Shown piece by piece: positions 1 through 9,959 of a stretch of DNA of 64,000 nt (within the stretch, counting starts at the first letter, position 1; each line of letters starts with the position of its first letter). The stretch covers positions 3,776,001 to 3,840,000 of the forward strand of contig OZ240241.1 in NCBI GenBank assembly GCA_965198115.1, read 5' to 3'. The translations under genes and the position numbers were made by a program. The stretch is from Candidatus Latescibacterota bacterium. GTDB taxonomy: Bacteria > Latescibacterota > UBA2968. Under the pieces are notes generated by a model, which worked only from the letters and a program-made list of their open reading frames with translations, was not told where the DNA came from and searched no databases.

Positions 1-117
1 GGCGCGAAGCAACAGAACTCCACCGTCACTCCTGACGGCGCCACCGGCAAAATCAGCCTCAACTACCTTGCCCGAAATGCTTGCGAATGGTAACCGGATC
101 TGACTAGGTTCTATCAC
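1..117 (-). CDS. IS1380-family transposase, N-terminal fragment (runs off window start)
   Basis: Not in the ORF track. Minus-strand GTG at 117 after AAGGA reads MIEPSQIRLPFASISGKVVEADFAGGAVRSDGGVLLLRA, matching the IS1380 N-terminal F-x-GG-x3-SDGG-LLLR motif. Confidence 0.8.
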   Translation of the reverse strand, partial: MIEPSQIRLPFASISGKVVEADFAGGAVRSDGGVLLLRA

Positions 118-204
118 GGTAGTTCCTTCCAAGTGTTGTTTTGATGTGTCAGCCCTAATGTAGGGAAAAACAAACACTTGTACAAGGAGACTACCTTTTT
201 TATG

Positions 205-1624
205 GGCTCTATCCGGGTTTCTCAACGGTGAAACTATAGAATGACAAGGTCATAGATCGTTCCCTACGCTTGGTTGTGTGTGTAGGACAATCAAAGCGAA
301 GGGGGTGCGACCTATGACCGGGAGCAGATTACTATCGAAACTGCTGAGATTCAAGGGGTTCCGTGTTGTCAGCTGGTGGTTTGAGGGGAGAAGCTGCTTC
401 GTCATCGCCGTAAAGCCACATAAGAATGGTTGTTGTTGTCCGGAGTGCGGCCGTCGAGGTAAAATCGTCCGCACAATGCCCCATCCGCGTCGGTGGCGTG
501 ACATTCCGGTGTGCGGGTGGAGGGTCTGGCTTCTCTACCATCCTCGGGAGATTCGGTGTCCTACCCACGGTCGTGTGGTCGAGGAGATTCCGTGGGCGGA
601 GCGGTTCTCTCGGGTGACGTATCGCTTCGAGTATGCCATGCTGCGCTACTGCCAGACCATGACGCAGAAGGCGGCGTCCGAGTTACTGCGCATCTCTGCC
701 TCGACGCTGTCGGATCTCCTTCACCGATCCATCACGCGGCTTCGTGAAGGTCATCGTATCCGAGGGCTCAAAACCATCGGGATCGACGAGATCTCCTACG
801 CCAAGCGTCACAGGTACGCCACGCTCGTTTACGATCTGGACCGCTCCTGCGTGGTGTGGGTTGGCCGCGGCAGGGCGCGTAAAACGATCGATCGGTTCTT
901 CACAGAGGCTCTCAGTCCCTACCGGAGATCCAAGATCGAGTGGGCCTGCTGCGACATGAGCGAAGCTTACATCGGAGCCATCCAGGAACACTGTCCGAAT
1001 GCCAAGCTGGTCCTCGATCGCTTTCACATCGTCAAGGCTCTCAATGCCGCCGTTGACGAGGTCCGTAAGGACCAGTGGCGTAAAGCTGCCCCGGATGAGC
1101 GCAAAGCCATGAAGGGCCTCCGATGGCTCCTCTACCGGCACTCAGCGACACGCTCCAGAGGGGATACTCGGACACTCAAAGCACTGGAGAAGGCGAACTA
1201 CCGAATCTATAGAGCCTGGAGACTCAAGGACGAGTTCGAGCAGTTCTGGGAATACAAAGCGCCCTGGGCTGCCGAACGCTTCCTGAAATGCTGGACGACG
1301 TCCGCACTCAGAAGTCGACTTGAACCCCTGCGAAAGTTCGTCAGGACCCTGCGACAGCACTTCTTCGGCGTCCTCGCATTCGTGAACACGCGTCTTACCA
1401 ACGCCATCGCCGAAGGCCTCAACCGAATCGTCCAAATCGTCAAGAACCGAGCCAGCGGATTCCGCACACTCGACGCATTCAACGATATGATCTTCCTTAC
1501 CGTCGGAGACATAAACATCCCTGAGCAGATTCCGAAGAGGTTCCGCACACGCTAACCGCGCCCCCATGCCAGGAACCACGGCACCTTCACCCACTTCATC
1601 TCGTTGAGAGATCCGGATATAGCC
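205..1624 (+). mobile_element. ISL3-family insertion sequence
   Basis: IRs GGCTCTATCCGGGTTTCTCAACG (205-227) and CGTTGAGAGATCCGGATATAGCC (1602-1624); flanking direct repeat TTTTTTATG (196-204, 1625-1633). Confidence 0.93.
278..1555 (+). CDS. ISL3-family transposase (start may be ATG 314)
   Basis: Zn-finger CPECG/CPTH, IGIDE, CCDMS, LDRFH and TNAIAEGLN motifs. Confidence 0.93.
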   Translation: MCRTIKAKGVRPMTGSRLLSKLLRFKGFRVVSWWFEGRSCFVIAVKPHKNGCCCPECGRRGKIVRTMPHPRRWRDIPVCGWRVWLLYHPREIRCPTHGRVVEEIPWAERFSRVTYRFEYAMLRYCQTMTQKAASELLRISASTLSDLLHRSITRLREGHRIRGLKTIGIDEISYAKRHRYATLVYDLDRSCVVWVGRGRARKTIDRFFTEALSPYRRSKIEWACCDMSEAYIGAIQEHCPNAKLVLDRFHIVKALNAAVDEVRKDQWRKAAPDERKAMKGLRWLLYRHSATRSRGDTRTLKALEKANYRIYRAWRLKDEFEQFWEYKAPWAAERFLKCWTTSALRSRLEPLRKFVRTLRQHFFGVLAFVNTRLTNAIAEGLNRIVQIVKNRASGFRTLDAFNDMIFLTVGDINIPEQIPKRFRTR

Positions 1625-1644
1625 TTTTTTATGCATAATTCAGG

Positions 1645-2264
1645 TATGTACTTTCTGCCGACGAAAAGACCAGTATTCAAGCACGAGCTCGCAAGCACGT
1701 TACCCTACCGCCAGCCTCGAACAGAGCGGCACGCGTTGAAACACGAATACGAGCGGAAAGGAGCCCTGGCCTATCTGGCTGCTCTCGACGTGCACAATGG
1801 TCGAATCTTCGGTCTCTGTGAGTCTTCTTCGGGTATCGAGCCCTTCAACCGGCTCCTGAGCCTGATCATGAGCCGGAAACCCTATTGCTCGGCAAAGAAA
1901 GTCTACCTCATCGTGGATAATGGCTCCTCGCACCGAGGGCAAACATGCATCGACCGTATCCAGGGGAAGTGGCCAAACATCCACCCCGTTCACCTTCCGA
2001 TCCACGCAAGCTGGCTCAATCAGATCGAGATCTACTTCTCGATCCTCAAACGCAAGGCTCTGACACCTATCGAATTTGCATCGCTCGAAGAGCTTGAGGC
2101 AAGAATCCTCGGTTTTCAGGAACGCTACGGACGTATCGCCACACCCTTCAAATGGAAGTTCACACGAACAGATCTCGCGGAGATGATCGACAAACTCAGG
2201 TTCTACGATACGCCCTTGGCAAAGTCTGCTTAGAATACGTAACCGTATTTGCGAACAGGAGTAC
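1645..2264 (+). mobile_element. IS630-family element type A, 3' part (5' part displaced by IS1380)
   Basis: Near-identical to the 3' halves of the copies at 33773-35035 and 39416-40677; identity starts right at the IS1380 end; right end GGAGTAC followed by TAAG. Confidence 0.9.
1646..2233 (+). pseudogene. IS630 transposase C-terminal fragment
   Basis: HEYERKG, LIVDNGSSH and ASWLNQIEIYF DDE motifs; no N-terminus within the window. Confidence 0.85.
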
Positions 2265-2434
2265 TAAGGGCGTCGGTGGGTGAGCCGAAACAGACAATAG
2301 CCCAGACCAAGAATACCGAACACGACGCCGGACACGAACCAGGGCTCCGGCTTGACGCGTGACTCGTAGGCCAGATAGGCGCAGGATAGGCCGAAGGCCA
2401 CGTGAAGAATGAACATCAGATAGAACCAGGCCAA
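2264..2434 (-). CDS. Small 56-aa two-helix membrane protein (not in ORF track)
   Basis: GGAGG RBS, TTG start, MAWFYLMFILHVAFGLSCAYLAYESRVKPEPWFVSGVVFGILGLGYCLFRLTHRRP; the TAG stop lies in the IS630 target site. Confidence 0.65.
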   Translation of the reverse strand: MAWFYLMFILHVAFGLSCAYLAYESRVKPEPWFVSGVVFGILGLGYCLFRLTHRRP

Positions 2435-2544
2435 GGGGCACCTCCAGGAAAGAGATACTTAATATTACTTATTATTAATATCGGCCAAATTCTATTTCTC
2501 TTCAGTCCTCGTTTCTCACCTAAAATGCTTATTTAAACACACTT

Positions 2545-5121
2545 ATGTCTACACTTTCTCGCTTCAATCGAAAGATCCTCCCGACCCTCATCGATGCGAC
2601 AAGAGGATCCCGTATCCTGGCGGACATCCGGGAGATCTGCAAGACGGACCGCTGGAACTCTTTCGACCGGTTTCACGACACCACCAACACCCTCGTCGAG
2701 CGATACAAGGCGGCTGGTGCCCGGGTGGAGGTCACTCCCATCAAGACCGGCGGCCACATCGGCACGGGGCGATGGGTCATTCGCGAGACCACGGACGTGG
2801 TCTCGGCAACCGCAGACGTCATCGCACCCGTTCGAAGACGTCTGCTCAGCTATGCCCGGAATCCGTGGTCCGTCATCCAGTGGAGCGCGGCCACACCCGC
2901 CGATGGATTGACGGGTCCGCTCGTCATCCTCGACACCCCCGAGGCCATTCAGAAAACCGAGCGATCGCTCGAGGGGTGCATCGTCCTCACACGTCACAAC
3001 GTGCGAAACATCGTCCGCGATCTGTCCGACCGCGGAGCCGCCGCCGTCATCACCGACATCGCCGTCGACGGTCACCCCGACGCCAAGGCCTGGACCAAGT
3101 TCGGCTGGGGCGCCGTCGGACTCGAGGCCAGCGCCGCCAGGCTGGTTGGGCTCGTCCTCTCCGCCAACGAAGGCAAAGCCCTCCGTGCGCTCGCAAAGAA
3201 GGGCGAGGTCCGGCTTCATCTTCGCGTTGACATCCGGCCGAACATCGGAACGCACGACCTCGTCAGCGGTATCGTCAAGGGGTCGGCTGATCCACAGGAC
3301 GAACTCTGGGTCCTCGCCCACAGCGCCGAACCGGGCGCTCACGACAACGCATCCGGCGTCGCGCTTTGTCTGGAAACCGCTCGCGTCCTCGAGTCTCTCA
3401 TTCGAAGAGGCAAGATCTCGCGACCCAAGCGAACCCTCCGCCTCCTTTCGGGATTCGAGTGCTACGGTTTCTTTCACTACCTCGAACACCAGAATCGCTA
3501 TCAGCCGCCCCTCGCGGGAATCTGCGTCGACACGGTCGGCGCCCGACCCGACGTCTGTGACGGCAGACTTTCGTGGCGAGCGACCGTTCCCTCATCCGCG
3601 GGGTTCGTCGACCAAGTCGGAGGCGCCATCATCCGCGCGACGCTTCGACAGACACGACCGGGATATCGTCTGGTCGAAGGCGACTTCATCCCCACGAGCG
3701 ACACCCTCATCGGCGACCCGCGTTACGGTTTCCCCTGTCCGTGGATCAACACGCACTTACGGCGTGGCGATCGTGCGTGGAAGGCCTATCACTCCTCGGC
3801 CGACACACCCGACGTCCTGAGTCCTGTCGGCCTACAGGCCTGCTCGGCGGCCGTCACTGGCTACCTCGCCTACCTCGCAGACGCCGGAACCGTCGACCTC
3901 CTCGAAATGGCGGCAGCCGAGACTGCACGTGCGAAATCAGCGCTTGCCCGAACCCGTTCGGTCGACAAGGCGGACTTCATCCGTCAGCGTCACGCCGAAT
4001 CGCTTAAACGTCTCGAGCGTTGGATATGGGAAGGTGACAGGAACGAAACGCTGCGTCGACTCGCCGAGGAGAGATCGGCCGTCGACGGATCAGGACCCCG
4101 CGCTCGGCCAAAAACTTTGCGAACACGCGAGGCCCGTGTGGTAGTCAGACGGACACGGGCCCTGACGCCCACTGCGGAGAATACGCCCGTTCCGATCAAG
4201 AACGAGATTGCCGGTGCACAGCTTTCTCCGTGGGCGCTCTTCTGGGCGGATGGCCGGCGAACGCTCGGAGAGATCAATCGTCTGGTGTCGATCGAAAGCG
4301 GGAAGGACGTCACCCTCGATCGGGTCGTCCGATACTTCCAGGGGCACGCCGAGCTCGGCTACGTCGATCTCATTCAGCCCGACCGAATCGTCTCACGGAA
4401 ATCCGTCGTTGGTGACTTCCGCCGACTCGGATTGCGACCCGGCATGAACGTGATGGTCCACAGCTCCCTGGCGTCCGTCGGTCACGTCGCCGGTGGGCCC
4501 GACACCCTCATCGACGCGATGCTCGACATCATCGGCCGCGATGGCACGTTGATGATGCCTTCGTTCAACCACCGGGCTGCGCACGTCTACAACCCGAAGA
4601 CTTCACCCACGACGAACGGCGCGCTGCCCGACGCCTTCTGGCGACGCCCGGACGTCGTCAGAAGCGATCACCCAACCCACGCCGTCGCCGCTTTCGGCCC
4701 CAAAGCCGAAGCCTTCTGTCGGGACCACGTCGCCCTCGGGCTCTGGACGGCCGACAGCCCCATCGCCCGTCTCGTCGCCGAGAACGGTCACGTCCTTTCC
4801 CTCGGCGTCACCCATACCTCCAGCACAGCCTACCACGTGGGCGAGCTCTCCGTCCCCTGCCGGTGCATCGACCCCTTCGGCGGCAAGGGCCGCATTGTCA
4901 CGATCGAAGGCGCCGTCAGGGCCGTACGCGGACTGGCGTGGCGGGACGACACCTGTCCCGTTTCGCCCGACCGTCTCAACGACACACTCGCGAAGCGGCA
5001 GCGCTCAGGTCGCATCGGCGAGGCGACGGCCACGCTCGTGCCCGCCCGTCTGATTGTGCAGGCAAGACGGCGGCACTTGCGTTCGGTCTGTCCCACCTGT
5101 CGGATCCGGCCGAGGGCATAG
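2545..5121 (+). CDS. Fusion: M28-type metallopeptidase (PA domain, DUF4910-like, winged HTH) + C-terminal AAC(3)/YokD-family N-acetyltransferase
   Basis: AHSAEPGAHDNASG, GFECYG and YHSSADTP peptidase motifs; from ~4385 VMVHSSLASVG, LMMPSF, RSDHPTHAVAAFG and STAYHVGE AAC(3) motifs. Confidence 0.85.
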   Translation: MSTLSRFNRKILPTLIDATRGSRILADIREICKTDRWNSFDRFHDTTNTLVERYKAAGARVEVTPIKTGGHIGTGRWVIRETTDVVSATADVIAPVRRRLLSYARNPWSVIQWSAATPADGLTGPLVILDTPEAIQKTERSLEGCIVLTRHNVRNIVRDLSDRGAAAVITDIAVDGHPDAKAWTKFGWGAVGLEASAARLVGLVLSANEGKALRALAKKGEVRLHLRVDIRPNIGTHDLVSGIVKGSADPQDELWVLAHSAEPGAHDNASGVALCLETARVLESLIRRGKISRPKRTLRLLSGFECYGFFHYLEHQNRYQPPLAGICVDTVGARPDVCDGRLSWRATVPSSAGFVDQVGGAIIRATLRQTRPGYRLVEGDFIPTSDTLIGDPRYGFPCPWINTHLRRGDRAWKAYHSSADTPDVLSPVGLQACSAAVTGYLAYLADAGTVDLLEMAAAETARAKSALARTRSVDKADFIRQRHAESLKRLERWIWEGDRNETLRRLAEERSAVDGSGPRARPKTLRTREARVVVRRTRALTPTAENTPVPIKNEIAGAQLSPWALFWADGRRTLGEINRLVSIESGKDVTLDRVVRYFQGHAELGYVDLIQPDRIVSRKSVVGDFRRLGLRPGMNVMVHSSLASVGHVAGGPDTLIDAMLDIIGRDGTLMMPSFNHRAAHVYNPKTSPTTNGALPDAFWRRPDVVRSDHPTHAVAAFGPKAEAFCRDHVALGLWTADSPIARLVAENGHVLSLGVTHTSSTAYHVGELSVPCRCIDPFGGKGRIVTIEGAVRAVRGLAWRDDTCPVSPDRLNDTLAKRQRSGRIGEATATLVPARLIVQARRRHLRSVCPTCRIRPRA

Positions 5122-5314
5122 GGATTGCCACCCCAACAGGATCCAAAAAAAAGAGCTCGTAGTCTATGAACGAAACCGTTCATTGCCTTGCCCCCGATGG
5201 TGGAGCGGCTGAAGGTGGTTGCTTTATGAGCAGAAGTGTCTCCGGTCGGTGGCAGAAACGACTGTCATTGACAGCTTCTGCATCCTGGTTTAGGCAGACA
5301 CCTTGGGATTTCCA

Positions 5315-6106
5315 TCAGACCGGATACGTAATCGACTCGTTGTAGGGAATGATCAGCGGCAGCGGCCCATCTTCCGGGAAACTTTGAATGTAATCACCCG
5401 GATCGTAGTTGCGGCTGACGAAGCACTGATAGTGCGCGGGGACAACCGTGCGAAGACCCAGCTTGAACGCTGTTTCAACCGACCCCGGGAAGAACGGAAA
5501 TTCACCTTCGTCAGGATGGGTCGTCAGGATGCCGATGTTGGGTTCGAGTTGGGCGATAGGCTGGATGAGTTCATCGTGATTGGCGAAGGTGTTGATGGGA
5601 TCGCCGGAGAGATAGAGGTTCGTGACACCGAAACCGAGCACGTAGCCCAGGTGCTGAACGTCGGGCGGTTTGATGTCCTCTTCGGGCACACCTGCGGGCG
5701 GCTTGGCCCAGACGACGTGTGCTCTGACGTCTTCGAGATCCGTGACCTCACCCGCGGTGACCTCGGTCGTCAGTTCCATCGGAATCCCGTTGTCGAGCAG
5801 ATTCTCGATGCTCTCAGACGGACCGACGTAGCGGCAATCGGGAAAGGCATCGTGAATCCGCTGAATCGATTCGATGCAGGTGTGATCGCCGTGATTATGG
5901 GTGAGGATGACGTAGTGGGTTTCCAGATCGGCTTCGTTCAGAGGCGGTTCGGCGTGGATGAAACGATCGGCCGGCCGCTCGTGGGGAAAGTAAGGGTCGC
6001 ACTGGATGACCGTGCCTGCGCCCGACTTGAACGCGAATGAACTCTGCCCGAACCAGTGGAGTGCGACGTGATCGGGTGGTACGTCGATGTCGTTCAAGCG
6101 ATGCAT
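5315..6106 (-). CDS. MBL-fold metallo-hydrolase (UlaG-like)
   Basis: WFGQSSF, THNHGDH, YLSGD and PAHY motifs; ATG 6106 preferred over the track start. Confidence 0.88.
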   Translation of the reverse strand: MHRLNDIDVPPDHVALHWFGQSSFAFKSGAGTVIQCDPYFPHERPADRFIHAEPPLNEADLETHYVILTHNHGDHTCIESIQRIHDAFPDCRYVGPSESIENLLDNGIPMELTTEVTAGEVTDLEDVRAHVVWAKPPAGVPEEDIKPPDVQHLGYVLGFGVTNLYLSGDPINTFANHDELIQPIAQLEPNIGILTTHPDEGEFPFFPGSVETAFKLGLRTVVPAHYQCFVSRNYDPGDYIQSFPEDGPLPLIIPYNESITYPV

Positions 6107-6235
6107 AAGAGCCCCCGATACAATCGTGTGAAACGAGACAGGTGACGCGTATGGGGGATCAATAATCCCCTTGGACCGCATTGTGTCAAGCGATGCTTGG
6201 TTAGATGGGATGCCACGGATATATTCGATAGACCG

Positions 6236-8229
6236 ATGGCTGTGAACCGTTCTCCGTTCTCCGGATTATCGAATTTCTCGCGGGAATACTGCATTCTGCC
6301 TTCAAAAGTTTACCTCGTCGTCGCGCTTTCGACCGTGGCCGTTGCCTGCTTACAGGGCGATCCAGTCGACGACACCCTGGAGCAGAAGGTTCAGTCTGAA
6401 AAGCGATCGGTTCAGCCGCCGACTCGCGCTCCTCTGAGAATTGACCCGAGCATTCTCGAAGATCGAGATTTCAGGGAATCACCCGCGCTGGCGGGACGAG
6501 TGACGAAGGGGCGATTACCTCCTGTTGACGAAAGGTTGCCCGAGAATCCGCTGGTTGTCGTACCGATGGAGGAGATCGGACGATACGGCGGGACGATTCG
6601 GCGCGCGCTCGCAGGAGACATTGTTCAGACTGCAGGGGTGAACAAGACTCTCAGCGAGGGGCTGATGGGCTATCATCGCCCTTTGCCCGAGTCGATCGAA
6701 TACAACCTTGCGGAGAGCTACCATTACGAGGACGAAGGGCGGGTCGCGATCTTCAAGATCCGGAAGGGGATCAAGTGGTCGGATGGACATCCGTTTACGG
6801 TCGACGACATCCTGTTCTGGTATTACGACACGGAGGTCGACGACGACGCCCGCAACGATGCGGTGATGTCGTTGGTGTGGTTGGTGGGCGACGAGCCGAT
6901 CCAGATGGGAGGATCGACGACCACACCCTGCGCGTGTTCTCGCCGAAACCACTCGGACGCGTGCTCCAGGCCTTCTGCTCGAACGAGGTGGTGTTACCCA
7001 AGCACCACTTTTCGCGCTTTCACCCGCGCTACAATCCGGAAAGCGACTACGAAACGTTCAGGGACAGTACGACCAACGCCCAGCGAGTGCTGCAGCCGGG
7101 CGTTCCTCGCCTGTCCGCGTGGCACCCCGTCCGGTGGGAGCGAGGGCAGCGAGTCATCTACGAAAGGAACCCGTATTACTGGAAGGTCGACACGGAAGGG
7201 AATCAGCTGCCCTACGCGGACCGGATCGAGTTCAACGTGATCCAGGACTCTCAGGTGATTCTACTTAAGTTCATGAATGGAGAAATCGATCTGTTCGGGC
7301 GCTACGCCCAGACGAGCATGTATCCCACCCTTAAGGCGGGCGAGCGGAACGGGAAGTTCAAAGTCCGCGTCACGGGGCCCGAGCGAGGGTTGACGCTTTA
7401 CCTGAACTGGGATGCGCCGAACCCGGCCTTGCGGGAGGCTTTCCGGGAACGGAAGGTGCGGATGGCGCTCTCGCACGCGATCAATCGCGAGGAGCTGAAC
7501 CAGATCATCTTCCACGGTCTGCTTGACCCGTCCGGCTACGCCCTCGCACGTCAAAGTCCTTACTTCGACGAGCGCCTCTACAAGCTTTATACCGAGTTCG
7601 ATCCGGACCTCTCTCGCAGGTTGTTGGACGAAGCCGGTTTCGTCGACCGCGATGGGGACGGCACGCGAGAACTGAAGGACGGAACGCCTTTCTCGCTGAG
7701 CATCGATGTTGTAATCACACCGTCGATGTGGGTGGACGCTGTCGAGCTGATTGTCTCGCAGTGGGCCGAAGCCGGTGTCGAAGCGCACATCAACGCGACG
7801 TTGAGGGACATCCTATGGCCACGCAGGACGAATGGTGAGTTCGACATTCACGTCTGGGGCCTGGAGGGACCGGCCGATCCGCTCGCGCGCCTGAACGACT
7901 GGGCGATTATGGCCCCGACCGTCCCGTTCTGGCATCGGAATGCGTTCAAGGAGGCGCAACCCTGGCTGCGTGAAGCGACGGAGCACGTCTTCGGGTCCCT
8001 CACGACGATCGACTCAGTTGTGCTCCGCGGACATATGGAACGAGTGAGAGATCTTCACACCGAGAACATCGCGGCGATCACGGTTGGCGCGAACTACCGT
8101 GTTTGGGGCGCGGGCACGCGGCTGGGAAACGTGCCTTACGAGAACACGGCCGCGACAGTGTTCCAGGGATGGGGACGGCCGGTTTTTCACGAGCAGATTT
8201 ACATAAAGGCAGTGAACCGTGAGCCGTGA
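6236..8229 (+). pseudogene. ABC transporter substrate-binding lipoprotein (family 5), frameshifted near 6908
   Basis: N-half (lipobox AVAC, LPPVDERLPENP, KWSDGHPFTVDD) in the 6197 frame; C-half (ERNPYYWKVD, NQLPYAD) in the 6775 frame; one base missing at ATGGGAGG. Confidence 0.8.
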
Positions 8230-8301
8230 AGCGTTGGCCGGAGAGACGGCTCTACCCCAACGCACAGTGTTCACAGTTTAGGGATAACGGACAACGGAAA
8301 C

Positions 8302-8946
8302 GTGTCTTCCGACAACATCATCGAAGGTATCCCCGAGGCGGCGCCGGACAAAATGCCGGTTCGTGGCGACGGGGTGTCGCTTCAGGTCAACGAGATTTTC
8401 TACTCGATCGAGGGCGAGGGCGCGCGGGTCGGTCAGCCCACGACGTTCGTGCGATTGTCGAAGTGTAACCTGGCCTGTTTCTTCTGCGACACGGAGTTCG
8501 ATAGCTATACGGTGATGAGTGTCGCGGAAGTTGTGGAGGAGGTCGAGGTTCACGCAGCGAGATGGGTGAGTCTGACGGGTGGGGAGCCTCTCGGTCAGGA
8601 CATCCGGCCGCTTTGTGAGACACTGAGGAGCGCGGGCTATCGCCTTCACATCGAAACGAACGGGGTCACGAGGCCGGATCTAGAACTGTTTGACCTGATC
8701 GAATTCTGGACCGTGAGTCCAAAGCGTCGCCGAGTGATCGAGGGGTTCGTGCGGATCGACGAGCTGAAATACATCGTCGGAAAGACCTTCCGTGAAGATG
8801 ACGTTGAAACGGACCTGACAGGGGTGGTGTATCTGCAGCCGGAGTCGAGCAAACCCGAATACATTCACAAGACGCTAGAAATCCTGACACGTCATCCCGA
8901 CTGGCGATTGTCCTGTAGGATCCACAGGATGCTGAACTTGCCGTAA
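8302..8946 (+). CDS. queE: 7-carboxy-7-deazaguanine synthase (radical SAM)
   Basis: EIFYSIEGEG, FVRLSKCNLACFFCDT, LTGGEP, IETNG, TVSPK and WRLS motifs. Confidence 0.92.
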   Translation: MSSDNIIEGIPEAAPDKMPVRGDGVSLQVNEIFYSIEGEGARVGQPTTFVRLSKCNLACFFCDTEFDSYTVMSVAEVVEEVEVHAARWVSLTGGEPLGQDIRPLCETLRSAGYRLHIETNGVTRPDLELFDLIEFWTVSPKRRRVIEGFVRIDELKYIVGKTFREDDVETDLTGVVYLQPESSKPEYIHKTLEILTRHPDWRLSCRIHRMLNLP

Positions 8947-9959
8947 GTCTTTTGCCGAGCAGGCGTGCAGCGAGCAGGCGTGGCAACGACATCATCAAAG
9001 GGCCAACGGGCCTTAGCCCACACCACGGGGCTGGGTTTGATGATCGGAGTCTCGGGGCCCAAGCGGTGTCACCCCGGTACGCTTCTTGGCCGGGGCCCAT
9101 TCTACTGTGGAGATAACGTTGTCACTAGTGTCACGTCCCAGGAATAACTAGAAAAACATTCGATTCTGTCGTATGGTTCCTCAAGCACTCATTCTTGGGA
9201 GGAACCGATGGCTAGAGGTCGTCCGTTACAGCCACTGAACATCAGTGATGAGGTCCACGATCAACTCGAGTCATTGTCTCGTTCGCGTAGCATGTCTCAC
9301 GCTTTGGTGCGTCGCGCGAAGATCGTCTTGATGAGCGATTGCGGTCTGACCAATCAGGAGATCGCGGAACGAGTCGGGTTGTCCGGAGCGTCTGTCGGCA
9401 AGTGGCGTCGTCGCTTCTGCGAGCAAGGCTTGATGGGACTGTATGACGAATTGCGTCCTGGAGGGCCACGGTCGGTCAGCGACGAAGAGATCTCCTCCCT
9501 CATCTACAAGACGCTCAAGAAGCAACCGAAGGGTGCCACCCACTGGGACCTGTCGTTCGATGGCCGACGAGACGGGGCTCTCCAAGTCCTCGGTTCAACG
9601 TGTATGGAAAGCTTTTGGACTGCAACCGCATCGACAGAAGCACTTCAAACTGTCGAACGATCCCTTCTTCGTCGAGAAAGTCAGGGATATCGTCGGTCTA
9701 TACCTGAACCCACCGGACAACGCGATGGTGCTCTGTGTAGACGAGAAGAGCCAGATTCAAGCACTCGAACGGACACAACCGATTCTTCCTTTGGGTCTCG
9801 GATACGTCGAGGGCGTCACTCACAGCTATATCCGGAACGGCACGACCACCCTCTTTGCAGCGCTCAACATCGCATCCGGCAAAGTTCTGACTCAGTGCAA
9901 GCCCAGACACCGCAACAAAGAGTTCCTTCAGTTCCTCAAGCACATCGACAAGAACGTCC

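Larger units (their letters stand above)
1..1644 (-). mobile_element. IS1380-family element, left end (interrupted by ISL3 at 205-1624)
   Basis: Terminal sequence CCTGAATTATGCATAA (reverse complement of 1629-1644) is IS1380-like. Removing the ISL3 and one DR copy rejoins this end to the transposase start at 117. Confidence 0.72.

Noticed and set aside
2533-3489. Long antisense or alternate-frame ORFs (e.g. 2533-3489, 17276-18301, 26733-27704, 37532-38428)
   Set aside because: Shadow ORFs of well-supported genes in GC-rich DNA, with no recognisable motifs
5122-5314. Possible structured RNA between the fusion gene and the MBL hydrolase
   Set aside because: Only short stems (ATGAACG/CGTTCAT) and no recognisable family; insufficient support
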